Below are positions 51,781 to 63,450 of a stretch of 64,000 nucleotides of DNA, one piece after another; the first letter of the stretch is position 1, and each line of letters begins with the position of its first letter. The position numbers and the translations under genes are program-made. The notes under the pieces were generated by a model, which searched no databases, had not been told where the DNA came from, and saw nothing but the letters and a program-made list of their open reading frames with translations. The DNA comes from Escherichia coli (GTDB lineage: Bacteria; Pseudomonadota; Gammaproteobacteria; Enterobacterales; Enterobacteriaceae), in assembly GCF_045037415.1 (NCBI RefSeq), contig NZ_CP173438.1, one strand, 5' to 3'.

Positions 51781-52476
51781 ATGCGACTTGATAAATTTAT
51801 CGCACAGCAACTCGGCGTTAGCCGTGCTATTGCCGGGCGTGAAATCCGCGGCAATCGTGTCACCGTCGATGGCGAAATCGTCCGTAATGCAGCGTTCAAA
51901 CTGCTCCCTGAACATGATGTCGCTTACGATGGCAACCCGCTGGCGCAGCAACACGGTCCACGTTACTTCATGCTCAATAAGCCTCAGGGCTATGTTTGCT
52001 CCACGGACGACCCGGATCACCCAACGGTGCTCTATTTTCTTGATGAACCGGTAGCGTGGAAACTGCACGCTGCAGGGCGTCTGGATATCGATACCACCGG
52101 TCTGGTACTAATGACAGATGATGGTCAGTGGTCGCACCGCATTACTTCCCCGCGCCATCATTGCGAGAAGACCTATCTGGTGACGCTGGAATCACCCGTA
52201 GCTGACGATACGGCAGAGCAATTTGCTAAAGGCGTGCAGCTGCATAACGAAAAAGATCTCACTAAGCCGGCGGTGCTGGAAGTGATTACCCCAACGCAGG
52301 TTCGTTTGACCATCAGCGAAGGGCGTTATCATCAGGTGAAACGTATGTTCGCCGCCGTGGGTAACCATGTGGTTGAGCTGCATCGTGAACGTATTGGCGG
52401 TATTACGCTGGATGCTGATTTAGCCCCCGGTGAATATCGTCCGTTAACTGAAGAAGAAATTGCCAGCGTCGTCTAA
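51781..52476 (+). CDS. rsuA: 16S rRNA pseudouridine(516) synthase RsuA
   Basis: ORF track 51685..52476; native start [12 protein letters not shown] at 51781 (231 aa); S4 domain plus pseudouridine synthase motif. Confidence 0.95.
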
Positions 52477-52503
52477 CTTTTCAATGACTTTCAGGAGCCC
52501 GTT

Positions 52504-53694
52504 GTGACCACCCGACAGCATTCGTCGTTTGCTATTGTTTTTATCCTTGGCCTGCTGGCCATGTTGATGCCGCTGTCGATTGATATGTATCTGCCTGCGC
52601 TACCGGTAATTTCAGCGCAGTTTGGTGTACCGGCGGGCAGTACGCAGATGACCCTCAGTACTTATATTCTGGGCTTTGCGTTGGGGCAGTTAATCTACGG
52701 GCCGATGGCAGACAGCTTCGGGCGTAAGCCGGTGGTTCTTGGCGGTACGCTGGTGTTTGCCGCCGCCGCGGTGGCGTGTGCGTTGGCACAAACCATCGAT
52801 CAGCTGATTGTGATGCGTTTCTTCCACGGGCTGGCTGCGGCTGCGGCCAGCGTGGTTATCAACGCTTTGATGCGTGATATCTACCCGAAAGAAGAGTTCT
52901 CACGGATGATGTCGTTTGTCATGCTGGTGACGACCATTGCACCGCTGATGGCACCGATAGTTGGCGGCTGGGTGCTGGTGTGGCTGAGCTGGCATTACAT
53001 CTTCTGGATCCTCGCCGTGGCGGCGATTCTGGCTTCGGCAATGATCTTCTTTCTGATCAAAGAAACCTTACCACCGGAGCGTCGCCAGCCTTTTCACATT
53101 CGTACCACTATTGGTAACTTTGCGGCGCTGTTCCGTCATAAGCGTGTCCTGAGTTATATGCTGGCCAGCGGTTTCAGCTTTGCCGGGATGTTCTCATTCT
53201 TAAGCGCCGGACCGTTTGTCTACATTGAAATCAACCACGTCGCGCCGGAAAACTTTGGTTATTACTTTGCGCTAAACATTCTTTTTCTGTTCGTGATGAC
53301 CATCTTTAACAGCCGCTTCGTCCGCCGTATTGGCGCGTTAAATATGTTCCGCTCGGGGTTGTGGATACAGTTTATTATGGCAGCGTGGATGGTCATCAGT
53401 GCACTGCTGGGGCTGGGATTCTGGTCGCTGGTGGTTGGCGTTGCGGCGTTTGTGGGCTGCGTGTCGATGGTGTCATCCAATGCGATGGCGGTCATTCTTG
53501 ATGAGTTTCCCCATATGGCGGGAACGGCATCTTCGCTGGCAGGAACCTTCCGTTTCGGCATAGGGGCAATTGTTGGCGCATTACTTTCTCTTGCGACCTT
53601 TAACTCTGCATGGCCGATGATTTGGTCAATTGCATTCTGTGCAACCAGCTCCATTCTCTTCTGTCTGTACGCCAGTCGGCCGAAAAAACGGTGA
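52504..53694 (+). CDS. bcr: MFS multidrug efflux transporter Bcr
   Basis: 396-aa 12-transmembrane MFS ORF, GTG start; N-terminus [21 protein letters not shown]. Confidence 0.95.
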   Translation: MTTRQHSSFAIVFILGLLAMLMPLSIDMYLPALPVISAQFGVPAGSTQMTLSTYILGFALGQLIYGPMADSFGRKPVVLGGTLVFAAAAVACALAQTIDQLIVMRFFHGLAAAAASVVINALMRDIYPKEEFSRMMSFVMLVTTIAPLMAPIVGGWVLVWLSWHYIFWILAVAAILASAMIFFLIKETLPPERRQPFHIRTTIGNFAALFRHKRVLSYMLASGFSFAGMFSFLSAGPFVYIEINHVAPENFGYYFALNILFLFVMTIFNSRFVRRIGALNMFRSGLWIQFIMAAWMVISALLGLGFWSLVVGVAAFVGCVSMVSSNAMAVILDEFPHMAGTASSLAGTFRFGIGAIVGALLSLATFNSAWPMIWSIAFCATSSILFCLYASRPKKR

Positions 53695-54027
53695 TCTATT
53701 GCACAACGAGGAAGCTAAAAGGCTTCCTTTGTTGATGCATGTCAACCACAAATCTATCATTCCCCCGATATATGTTTATTTTATGTAAAATCAATTTATG
53801 TAAAAAGTCACATCATTGTAGTTAAAAAGGTTGAGTTAGATCGCAGAAACGGGTACATATAGCCCCGCAAACGTGACCACGCCCGCAGATATTATTTAAA
53901 TCAGAGCCATATAGGCCACGCAGGCGAGGCATCAATCTTTACGATCTGTATAAAGACGGATTGTTGATGATGTGTTAAAATTGATGTAAATAAATTGTGA
54001 AGTAAAATGTACTTCCGGGGAAAATAA

Positions 54028-54372
54028 GTGACTTCATTACAACTCTCAATCGTCCATCGACTGCCGCAGAACTATCGCTGGTCTGCTGGTTTCGCAGGTT
54101 CGAAGGTTGAACCGATTCCGCAAAATGGACCGTGCGGTGACAACAGCCTGGTGGCGCTTAAATTGCTTAGCCCGGATGGTGATAATGCATGGTCGGTGAT
54201 GTACAAACTAAGCCAGGCGTTAAGCGACATCGAAGTTCCATGTTCGGTGCTGGAGTGTGAAGGTGAGCCGTGCCTGTTTGTAAATCGCCAGGACGAATTT
54301 GCTGCAACATGCCGATTGAAAAATTTTGGTGTGGCAATTGCCGAACCCTTTTCAAACTACAATCCTTTTTAA
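54028..54372 (+). CDS. yejG: uncharacterised protein YejG
   Basis: 114-aa ORF, GTG start; stop lies 3 nt from the convergent yejF stop. Confidence 0.8.
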
Positions 54373-54375
54373 GCG

Positions 54376-55965
54376 TCAGCTCAACGCCAGTAGCTGACGC
54401 GTATACTCCTGCTGCGGTGCGGCAAACACGCGCGCGCACGGTCCTTGTTCCACTACTTCCCCTTGTCGCAGTACGATAACCTGATGACATAACGCGCGGA
54501 CAACGTGCAAATCGTGGCTGATAAACAAATAGGCCAGTTGATGCTTTTGTTGCAATGATTTCAATAGCGTCAATATTTGCGCCTGCACCGTTTTGTCGAG
54601 TGATGATGTTGGTTCATCAAGAATGATCAGCGAGGGCTTAAGAATTAACGCCCTGGCAATCGCAATACGTTGCCGCTGACCACCAGAGAACTCCGCCGGA
54701 TAACGGTGGCGTGTTTCAGGATCTAATCCCACTTCATGCATCACGGCTATCACTTGTTGTTCGCGTTGTGCGGCAGAAAGCGTCGGCTGGTGAACCCGTA
54801 AGCCTTCCTCAATAATTTGCAAAACGTTGAGTCGTGGGTTGAGTGAGGAGTTTGGATCCTGAAATACCACCTGAATGCGATGACGAATAGGTAACAGCTG
54901 GCGGCGATTTAAATTTTGCAGTGGCTGACCGTCAAAGACGATGCTGCCATGAGAGTTAATCAGTCGCAGCAGCGCCAGTCCCGTCGTGCTTTTCCCGGAA
55001 CCGGACTCGCCCACTAAACCCAGTGTTTCACCCGCCCGTAGCGTAAAACTGATGTTTTTCACCACCACATTATGATCCACAATGCGCTTCAAAATCCCTT
55101 TGCGAATGGGGAAGGCAACCTGAAGTTGTTCAACATCCAGCAACGTTGAGGCAGGTTCTGGCAATGGCACCGGGTCGCCAGATGGTTCACTGTTGAGTAG
55201 CTTTTGTGTGTAAGGATGAGTGGGTGAGGCAAATAGCGTAGCGGCGTTATTTTTCTCGACACAGCGACCGTTTTGCATTACCGCCACGCGGTGGGCCAGT
55301 TTTCTAACAATGCTGAGGTTATGAGTAATAAACAGCATACCCATATTCAGCTCGCCTTGCAGTTCGCGCAACAGCTGTAAAATCTGCGCCTGGACAGAGA
55401 CGTCCAGCGCGGTGGTTGGTTCATCGGCAATTAATAATTCCGGTCGCGTTAACAGCGCCATCGCAATCATCACCCGCTGGCGTTCGCCGCCGGAGAGCTG
55501 ATGCGGATAATCTGTCAGCCGTTTTGCCGCCTGGCGGATACCGACGCGATCAAGGCAGTTAAGAATTTCGCCACGAGCCGCTTCCCGACGCATCCCGCGG
55601 TGGAGTGAAAGCACTTCATAAAGCTGTTTTTCCAGGGTATGTAATGGATTTAACGACACCATCGGCTCCTGAAAAATCATGGCGATCTTATTACCGCGTA
55701 CACCGCGCAACGTTTGATCGCTGGCATGAAGCAGCGATTCGCCATGAAAACGAATATCGCCGGAGAGATATTCAACCGGCGGGCAAGGGAGCAGGCGTAA
55801 AATTGACAGCGCGGTAACGCTCTTACCTGAACCAGACTCACCTACCAGCGCCAGCGTTTCGCCAGCCTCAATGTGTAGTGACACATCATTCACTACGGTA
55901 CGAACAGTTTGCTGATGGCGAAAACCCACCGACAAATTTTCAATCGCTAACAGAGTTTGCGTCAT
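54376..55965 (-). CDS. yejF: ABC transporter ATP-binding protein YejF (two nucleotide-binding domains)
   Basis: ORF track 54376..56013; native start [15 protein letters not shown] at 55965 (529 aa); two Walker A motifs (GESGSGKS twice). Confidence 0.9.
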   Translation of the reverse strand: MTQTLLAIENLSVGFRHQQTVRTVVNDVSLHIEAGETLALVGESGSGKSVTALSILRLLPCPPVEYLSGDIRFHGESLLHASDQTLRGVRGNKIAMIFQEPMVSLNPLHTLEKQLYEVLSLHRGMRREAARGEILNCLDRVGIRQAAKRLTDYPHQLSGGERQRVMIAMALLTRPELLIADEPTTALDVSVQAQILQLLRELQGELNMGMLFITHNLSIVRKLAHRVAVMQNGRCVEKNNAATLFASPTHPYTQKLLNSEPSGDPVPLPEPASTLLDVEQLQVAFPIRKGILKRIVDHNVVVKNISFTLRAGETLGLVGESGSGKSTTGLALLRLINSHGSIVFDGQPLQNLNRRQLLPIRHRIQVVFQDPNSSLNPRLNVLQIIEEGLRVHQPTLSAAQREQQVIAVMHEVGLDPETRHRYPAEFSGGQRQRIAIARALILKPSLIILDEPTSSLDKTVQAQILTLLKSLQQKHQLAYLFISHDLHVVRALCHQVIVLRQGEVVEQGPCARVFAAPQQEYTRQLLALS

Positions 55966-55966
55966 G

Positions 55967-56992
55967 CTACACCGCCTTATTAGGATCAAATGCGTCGCGG
56001 ACGGCTTCACCAATAAAGATCAGCAAAGACAACAATATCGCCACCGATAAGAAGGCGGTGATCCCAAGCCACGGGGCCTGAAGGTTATTTTTCCCTTGTA
56101 ACAGGAGTTCGCCGAGTGACGGTGAACCGAGCGGCAGACCGAAGCCGAGGAAATCGAGTGAGGTCAGGGTGGTTATCGAACTACATAAAATAAACGGTAA
56201 AAAAGTGAGGGTAGCGACCATGGCATTTGGCAACATATGACGCAGGATGATACTGCGATCGCTGACGCCAAGCGCCTGCGCCGCGCGGATGTAGTCGAAA
56301 TTACGGGTACGTAAAAACTCCGCCCGCACCACGCCGACCAGACTCATCCAGCCAAACAAGACAGTAATTGCCAGCAGCCACCAGAAGTTAGGCTGTACGA
56401 CGCTGGAAAGTAAAATAATCAAAAACAGCGTCGGCATCCCCGACCATACTTCAATAAAACGTTGCCCCCAGAGATCGACTTTACCACCGTAATAGCCTTG
56501 TAGCGCCCCCGCCAGCACACCCATCACGCTGGAGCAGAGGGTCAGCATCAGGCCAAACAGAACTGAGATCCGCGTGCCATAGAGAATGCGCGCCAGCACA
56601 TCGCCGCCATTGGCATCCGTTCCCAGCCAGTTTTGCCGGGAGGGTGGAGAAGGGAAGGGCTTATCGGTAGCAAAGTTGATACTGGTAGCACCAAAGCGAA
56701 TCGGTGCCCACAGTACCCAGCCGTTATTTTCCAGTCGTTGTTTCAGCCACGGGTCCTGATAATCAGCCTGACTTGCCAGCGGGCCGCCAAAATCGCTTTC
56801 GCTGTAGTTTTTCAACAACGGGAAATACCAACTGCCGTCATAACGCACCAGCAACGGTTTATCGTTGGCGATAAGTTCAGAACACAAACTCAAACCAAAC
56901 AAGAGGAGGAAAATCCATAACGACCAGTAGCCGCGACGGTTATGGCGAAAACGCGCCCAACGGGCCTGATTGACGGGGCTGAGTCGCGACAT
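55967..56992 (-). CDS. yejE: ABC transporter permease YejE
   Basis: 341-aa membrane ORF of the oligopeptide-permease family. Confidence 0.9.
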   Translation of the reverse strand: MSRLSPVNQARWARFRHNRRGYWSLWIFLLLFGLSLCSELIANDKPLLVRYDGSWYFPLLKNYSESDFGGPLASQADYQDPWLKQRLENNGWVLWAPIRFGATSINFATDKPFPSPPSRQNWLGTDANGGDVLARILYGTRISVLFGLMLTLCSSVMGVLAGALQGYYGGKVDLWGQRFIEVWSGMPTLFLIILLSSVVQPNFWWLLAITVLFGWMSLVGVVRAEFLRTRNFDYIRAAQALGVSDRSIILRHMLPNAMVATLTFLPFILCSSITTLTSLDFLGFGLPLGSPSLGELLLQGKNNLQAPWLGITAFLSVAILLSLLIFIGEAVRDAFDPNKAV

Positions 56993-58087
56993 TAACGTCC
57001 CTCAAAGTCTATACGCGGATCGACCAGCGTATAGCTGATATCACTGACAATATTCAGCAGCAGGCCAATCAGGGTGAAAATATACAAGGTACCAAACATT
57101 ACAGGATAATCGCGCGAGACGGTCGCTTCGTAGCCCAGTAAGCCAAGACCATTGAGTGAAAACATCACCTCAATCAGCAGCGAGCCGGTAAAAAACATGC
57201 TGATAAACGTCGCCGGAAAACCGGCAATCACCAGCAGCATGGCGTTGCGGAACACATGTTTCCAGAGAATATTTTTTTCACTTACCCCTTTCGCACGTGC
57301 CGTCACCACGTATTGCTTACGCACTTCATCAAGGAATGAGTTTTTTGTCAGCATGGTCAGAGCCGCAAAGCCGCCAATCACTGTCGCCAGCACCGGCAGC
57401 GTGATATGCCACAGATAATCGGTGATTTTCTGATACCACGGCAGCGAATCAAAGTTAGCGGAAACCAGGCCGCGCAGAGGGAACAGATCGAAATAGCTGC
57501 CGCCCGCGAAGAAGACAATCAGCAGGATGGCAAACAAAAAGGCCGGAATGGCGTAGCCGATGATGATAAATGCACTACTCCAGACGTCAAAACGGCTCCC
57601 ATTATAAACAGCTTTGCGAATGCCTAACGGAATCGACACCAGATAGATAATCAGCGTGCTCCACAATCCGAGGGTGATGGAGAACCGGCAGACTGTCTTT
57701 AATCAGCGTCAGCACCGAGGCGCTGCGAAAAAGGCTGTCGCCAAAATCAAAACGGATGTAGTCCCAGAGCATTTTGAAGTAACGTTCGTGGATCGGCTTA
57801 TCGAAACCGTAGCGATGAGTGATCTCGGCGATCACTTCTGGATCTAATCCGCGTCCGCCACGGTAATTACTGTCGCTGATATTGCCGACGCCCGTTTGCG
57901 CATGGCTGGCGCGAACACCTTCACCGCCTGCGCCGGGTAATACTCCGGCATTGCCAAACTCAATGGCGGCGATGGCCTGGTCGACCGGACCGCCAGGCGC
58001 AATTTGCACGATGAAAAAGTTGATAGTGATAATCGCCCATAGCGTTGGGATCACCAGCAACAGACGGCGGATCAGATAAGCGCCCAT
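56992..58087 (-). pseudogene. yejB: ABC transporter permease YejB, interrupted by an apparent +1 frameshift
   Basis: Two ORFs in different frames (57602..58087 N-terminal, 56992..57666 C-terminal) that together give a 364-aa permease; frames meet at about 57680-57686. Confidence 0.8.
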
Positions 58088-59908
58088 CTACTCTCCCTGT
58101 TGTCTGGCTGACGGCAGTTTCGTCGCTTTATTAACGTCATACCACCAGGTATCAATACCCAGGCTGTAAACTGGGCGTACAGCGGGTTGGGAGAATTTAT
58201 CCCACCAGGCGAGACGGTCTTCCGCCATGTACCACATTGGCAGCATGTAATAATTCCACGTTAATACGCGATCCAGTGCTCGTCCCAACGGCAGTAATTT
58301 TTCTTTATTTCCCTGCGCGGCAATAATTTGGTTGATCAGCGAGTCGATAACCGGGCTTTGCACGCCGGGGGCATTATAAGTGGAATTGATATATTCCGAT
58401 GACCAGGAAATCTGTAAATCGGAACTGGGCCACGGCATCGCCCGCCATACGCGCGGCATCATGTCATAGTCGCGACTGCGCATGCGGTTGGTGATTTGCG
58501 AGTTATCCACCTTGCGAATGTCCATGTTGATACCCAGCCGTTGCAGGCTGTGCTGGAACGGCAATACCCACTGACTATTGCTGCTTGCGGGAAGCAATAA
58601 TTCAAAGCTGAGTGGCTGACCTGTTGTGGCATTAACGCGTTGCTGACCCTTCAGCACCCAGCCTGCTTCGTTGAGAAGTTTGTCGGCTTTTAACAGGTTG
58701 TCACGATCGTAGCCATCGCCTTTGGATACCGGCGGCTGGTAGATTTGCGTGAAGACTTCTGGCGGTAGATCTTTTTTCATTGGTGCCAGAAGCACCAGTT
58801 CCGCGGCGTCGGGGTAATTTCTGGCCGCATATTCGGTATTCTGAAAATAACTGTTCGTGCGACTCCAGGTATTGTAAAACAACGCCTTGTTCATCCATTC
58901 AAAGTCAAAGGCGAGAGTGATCGCTTCCCGCACCCGGCGATCGCTGAATACCGGACGTTGGATATTAAACGCCAGCCAGCGCGTATCCTGGGCTGATTCG
59001 TTCTTTTGCTCATCTTTGATGATGTATTTTTTATCGAAATTTTTACCGGTATAGCGCGTGGCCCAGTTTTTGGCGTCGTTTTCCATACGCAAATCAAAGG
59101 CTCCTGCTTTAAACGCTTCAAAGGCGACATTATCATCGAGGTAATAATCGTAGCGAATGGTGTCGAAATTCCAGCGTCCACGGTTTACCGGTAAGTTTGC
59201 TGCCCAGTAATCTTTCACGCGGGAATAGACAATATTTTGCCCCATTTTCCAGGACGTAATGCGGTACGGACCACTGGCAAGCGGAGGCGTGGCGAGCGGG
59301 TCGCTAATTTTGTGATCTTTCCAGTACTTTTCTGGAAATACCGGCAGCGAAAACAGACTCAGCATATCTTCTTTGCCGGGTTTAGCTAACTCAATGCGCA
59401 CGGTTAACGGCGCAATGGCTTTGACGGTGGTGCCTTTGTAGACCAGACGAAATTGCGGCACGCCTTCGGTCATAAATTTTTGAAAAGTAAACTCTACATC
59501 GCGGGCAGTAATGGGCGAACCATCATGAAAACGGGCGCGTGGATTAATAGCGACCTCCACCCAGGAATAATCGTCAGCATAGCGTGCGCTTTCAGCAATC
59601 AGCGGGTAATAACTGCCTGGTTCGTCATCGGAAGTCGTAAATAGCGTGTCGTACAGCTGCTCGGTGCGTGCGCCCGGATTGCCGCGCAGTGCATAGCGGT
59701 TGAAATTATCGAAGGTGCCGAGGGCAGACAACGTTATTTGCCCACCTTTTGGCGCGGCGGGGTTCACATAATCAAAATGGTTGAAATTAAATGCGTACCG
59801 GGGTTCGCCCAGTACTGCAAAGGCATAGCTTTCCTTGATAGCCTGCGCCTGCGCACCAAAGGTGAACAGAGCGATAAACAGCAGCAGTATGCGCACAATC
59901 ATCTGCAA
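58088..59908 (-). CDS. yejA: ABC transporter periplasmic substrate-binding protein YejA
   Basis: 606-aa ORF with signal peptide (ILLLFIALFTFGAQAQA); family 5 solute-binding protein. Confidence 0.9.
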   Translation of the reverse strand: MQMIVRILLLFIALFTFGAQAQAIKESYAFAVLGEPRYAFNFNHFDYVNPAAPKGGQITLSALGTFDNFNRYALRGNPGARTEQLYDTLFTTSDDEPGSYYPLIAESARYADDYSWVEVAINPRARFHDGSPITARDVEFTFQKFMTEGVPQFRLVYKGTTVKAIAPLTVRIELAKPGKEDMLSLFSLPVFPEKYWKDHKISDPLATPPLASGPYRITSWKMGQNIVYSRVKDYWAANLPVNRGRWNFDTIRYDYYLDDNVAFEAFKAGAFDLRMENDAKNWATRYTGKNFDKKYIIKDEQKNESAQDTRWLAFNIQRPVFSDRRVREAITLAFDFEWMNKALFYNTWSRTNSYFQNTEYAARNYPDAAELVLLAPMKKDLPPEVFTQIYQPPVSKGDGYDRDNLLKADKLLNEAGWVLKGQQRVNATTGQPLSFELLLPASSNSQWVLPFQHSLQRLGINMDIRKVDNSQITNRMRSRDYDMMPRVWRAMPWPSSDLQISWSSEYINSTYNAPGVQSPVIDSLINQIIAAQGNKEKLLPLGRALDRVLTWNYYMLPMWYMAEDRLAWWDKFSQPAVRPVYSLGIDTWWYDVNKATKLPSARQQGE

Positions 59909-59983
59909 CGGATTTCCTTTTACTCATCATTAGCCGCAATCCGGCATGCTTTCACTATGAATAATAAGGGACGTAAGCACACC

Positions 59984-61540
59984 TTACCACTGCGGCGTAT
60001 ACGGTTTCTTCAGCCAGCGAACAAAATCGTCCAGCGGTAACGGGCGACTAATCCAGTAGCCTTGCATGAAATTAACGCCGCGTTCGCTTAGCCATCGTGC
60101 CTGTTCTGGCGTTTCGACCCCTTCAGCAACTGTCAGCATATTGAGACGTTTCGCCAGCGTCAGCACCGCGTCAAGTACGGGTGAAGTGATCGTTTCCGTA
60201 CCGATGGCGTTGATAAATCCACGATCAATTTTCAGATAATCGAGCGTAAAACGCTCAAGATAGATAAGCGCGCTGTGCCCGGTGCCGAAGTCATCAATAG
60301 CGATTTCTACGCCGACCGAATGCAGCCAGGCGAAGAGTTGTGTGGCTTCTCGCTCTTTCAGCATATCGCGCTCGGTAATTTCCAGCACAATCTGGAAATG
60401 GTGTGCGGGCAGGGAAGTGAGCAGTTTCTGGATATCCGCTTTAAAGCTTTCGCTGTGCAAGTGGGCCGGCGCAATGTTAATGCCAAATTTGACGCCTACC
60501 GGCAGTACTTTTTCTAATTCTGCGGCATCGCGGGCAATCAACTCAAACAGGTGCTGAGTCAGTGGCACAATCATCTTTTGCGCTTCGGCAAAGTTAATGA
60601 AGGCATCCGGGGGTATTTCTCCTGCTACAGGATGCCGCCAGCGTAGCAGTACTTCCAGGCCCGTTACCCGCAAAGCTTGTGTATCAACCACCGGTTGATA
60701 TACCACGTAAAATTGTTCGCGCTTGATGGCGGTCATGATTTCTCTGCCTGGGCGCATACGCACACTCATCAGGTAATAGCAGAGAAGTCCAACGAAAGTT
60801 CCACTCATGCCACCCAGTAAAAATGCGTACCACACATCGTTCCATGTCCAGTCATCTGCATAAAGCCGAACGGTCAGAGGAATGCCCGCAATTTTAGTTT
60901 CACGGACCGGCATGTCGGTTAATTCATTAACGTTCATCAAACGTGAAGAAAAGGTAGATAGCGCAGTATTACCAATAATGAGGGCGAGGCCATCGTAATC
61001 TTCCTGCCGTGAACTATAAAAGAGTGAAGGCGTCAGGTTGAGATTCAGAGCGGCAAACACGCCGCTATTTTTCAGCAAAGGGTTGCGATACCAGATGACG
61101 ATTGCGGGTTTGTTCGGCACCATCGGCGTGCCGGGTAAGATCGCCATATCGACGTTTTTATTAATGTCGAGCGCCGGAATCAATTCATTGAGTGGAATGT
61201 CCATCTCACCAGTTGCAGATGAACAGAATGTTTTTTTATCTTTTACCAGCACAAACGTACGAACATTCATGCTAAACGCCGCGCGGGCGGTCAGTTCGGG
61301 GTTAGCCTGCTGGCAGGTATCTAAGGTCAGCGGCTGGAGCCGGTCAGTAGTGGATTTAAGGTCGGCAAAATAGGTATCGAGATACTTTTGTACGTCGGTA
61401 ATCAGTGTGTCGTATTTGACTTCGTGCTTATGCCAGGCCACTAAAAACTGAAGGCAGCTCACCAGTATCGCAATCATCACGCCTGCAACAATGCAGGTAA
61501 GCAGGAGCTTACGTCCAGAATTGGGAGCGCGTATAAACAT
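59984..61540 (-). CDS. pdeN: c-di-GMP phosphodiesterase PdeN (Rtn), CSS-motif plus EAL domain
   Basis: 518-aa ORF; N-terminal transmembrane and periplasmic domain, C-terminal EAL domain (EVLLRW..., DDFGTGHS). Confidence 0.9.
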   Translation of the reverse strand: MFIRAPNSGRKLLLTCIVAGVMIAILVSCLQFLVAWHKHEVKYDTLITDVQKYLDTYFADLKSTTDRLQPLTLDTCQQANPELTARAAFSMNVRTFVLVKDKKTFCSSATGEMDIPLNELIPALDINKNVDMAILPGTPMVPNKPAIVIWYRNPLLKNSGVFAALNLNLTPSLFYSSRQEDYDGLALIIGNTALSTFSSRLMNVNELTDMPVRETKIAGIPLTVRLYADDWTWNDVWYAFLLGGMSGTFVGLLCYYLMSVRMRPGREIMTAIKREQFYVVYQPVVDTQALRVTGLEVLLRWRHPVAGEIPPDAFINFAEAQKMIVPLTQHLFELIARDAAELEKVLPVGVKFGINIAPAHLHSESFKADIQKLLTSLPAHHFQIVLEITERDMLKEREATQLFAWLHSVGVEIAIDDFGTGHSALIYLERFTLDYLKIDRGFINAIGTETITSPVLDAVLTLAKRLNMLTVAEGVETPEQARWLSERGVNFMQGYWISRPLPLDDFVRWLKKPYTPQW

Positions 61541-61641
61541 GATTCCGTTAATTTCCTGAAATTACGACAACATTTAAAAGATAACAATGACCGGACTATA
61601 GCCTGGATCAAGACGCGGAAACATCATTTTCTCTGATGAAT

Positions 61642-61675
61642 GAAAACAAAAAAGCACTGCCTAAGCAGTGCTTTC
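61642..61675 (-). terminator. mepS rho-independent terminator
   Basis: Minus strand AAAGCACTGC-TTAG-GCAGTGCTTT followed by TTTTGTTTTC. Confidence 0.75.
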
Positions 61676-61720
61676 AGTTAACTCGTCAGGATAGCCAAGG
61701 GATTGCATCCAAACGGTTTA

Positions 61721-62287
61721 TTAGCTGCGGCTGAGAACCCGGCGTGCTTCGTTGTAACGCTTCTTCCAGTATGGTTCATTCATGCTGGAAATAATAACAC
61801 CACTGCTGGTGGAAGCATGGACAAACTGGTTGTTGCCGATATAAATACCGACATGGCGTCCCGTTGAACCGGCACGGAACAGAACTAAATCACCCGTACG
61901 CAAATTACTGCGGGAAACAGATTTACCCATTTCCTGCTGTTCATAAGTCGAACGCGGAAGTTCTAAGCCAAATTGCTCACGGAATGTACGCTGTACGAAA
62001 CCAGAACAATCGATACCTTTTTTAGTGCTGCCGCCCAGACGATAGCGTACGCCTTTCCAGTCAGCATACTGATCCATAATTCGCGATTTTACGTCGACAT
62101 TACGAACCAGGTTTTCAAATTCATCCTGAGAAGCTTGCAGTGATGATGTTTCACTACCCACTGCACGTGTCTCAGGATGCATATTCTTTGCGGTGTTATT
62201 TGCACTACATGCAGAAAGCAGAACCGCTACTGCAATCGCGGGGATCCCGCGCAAGATATATCTCAAAATCGGTTGAGATTTGACCAT
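61721..62287 (-). CDS. mepS: peptidoglycan DD-endopeptidase / LD-carboxypeptidase MepS (Spr), NlpC/P60 lipoprotein
   Basis: 188-aa ORF; lipobox LSAC; NlpC/P60 catalytic Cys in DCSGFV. Confidence 0.95.
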
Positions 62288-62698
62288 GTTGTTTGTTTTC
62301 CCTTGAAGTCCTTAACGACAAATATCGTTATAAAAAAATGCCAAGCGACACGAGACTAATTACCTGGGCATGTTGAAACAATTCCTTAAGGCCAAATCTG
62401 TGGACTAACGCACAAAATTATATGCTGTGAGGATAATCTACCGCCGAGGCAAAACGAGTTCGAGATTACCCGATTGGTGCGGTCTTGGCGAGCGGTTTTA
62501 CATGATTTTTTATAAGAAAAAGTGATACAGAAAGTTAATCAGCGGGATTGGTCAATTAAAGTACGATTGAGTGAAACGCATGCAATCCATTCATTTACTT
62601 AGAGAATGATTTTTGCGCTCGATGGATGAAAGCAGGAGGCGCATCATCAGGATTATCCTCACTATAAAAATAAACCTGATGATGTTAATTACTGTGAG

Positions 62699-63412
62699 TT
62701 ATTTGTTTTGGAAATGTTTGTTTTTTCCAGGTAGTGATTTGTCAAAAAAGGTGATTAATCGATCACTTAATGGCGTCAGCAACACCCAGGGCAAACCGAT
62801 CAATATCACGGTCATGGAACCGACGATGATGTCAGTAAACCAGTGTGCGCCAATCATTACTCTGGGAAACGCAAAAACCACAAAAATAATAAGGGCGATA
62901 AGGCCAGCAACTTTGCCGAAATAACGCCACATGAATGCCGAAAAAATAAGCAGCATCATACCGTGATCGCCGGGAAAGCTATCTCGTGAGGCATCTTTCG
63001 TGGGAACAGAGAGCAGTTCGCTGACGCGGTTAATATTGGTAAAAGTCAACGTTGGACTGGCCCGTTTTACAGGAATTAATGCCTGACCCAGCTGGTTTAA
63101 TACCACTGCAGTTAATAGCATGACCAGACCAATAATCACGATACGTCGTCTGCCTGGGGCGTTTTCTTTCAGCCAGAAACTCAGCATCAACATTCCCATC
63201 GCCAGCAGTGAACAACCGTCGAAAGCGCGATTGTTGGTCAATGCAACCAGCCACAAAAAGGCCTTACTTTCGACCAGTTTCTGATTAAAGAAATAAAAAA
63301 TATCCGCATCAATCGGCAACCAGAATCCATGATTAATGGGAATATACCAGGAAAGAAACAGCGCGAGGCCGACAATATTCAACAACACTATTTGCGGCAA
63401 ATTTTTAATCAT
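62699..63412 (-). CDS. lpxT: lipid A 1-diphosphate synthase LpxT (undecaprenyl-pyrophosphate phosphotransferase)
   Basis: ORF track 62699..63448; native start MIKNLPQIVLLNIVG at 63412 (237 aa); PAP2-family membrane protein. Confidence 0.9.
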   Translation of the reverse strand: MIKNLPQIVLLNIVGLALFLSWYIPINHGFWLPIDADIFYFFNQKLVESKAFLWLVALTNNRAFDGCSLLAMGMLMLSFWLKENAPGRRRIVIIGLVMLLTAVVLNQLGQALIPVKRASPTLTFTNINRVSELLSVPTKDASRDSFPGDHGMMLLIFSAFMWRYFGKVAGLIALIIFVVFAFPRVMIGAHWFTDIIVGSMTVILIGLPWVLLTPLSDRLITFFDKSLPGKNKHFQNK

Positions 63413-63450
63413 ATTTTCTCTAATTATCTTACTGAAAAACGCAGGCAACC

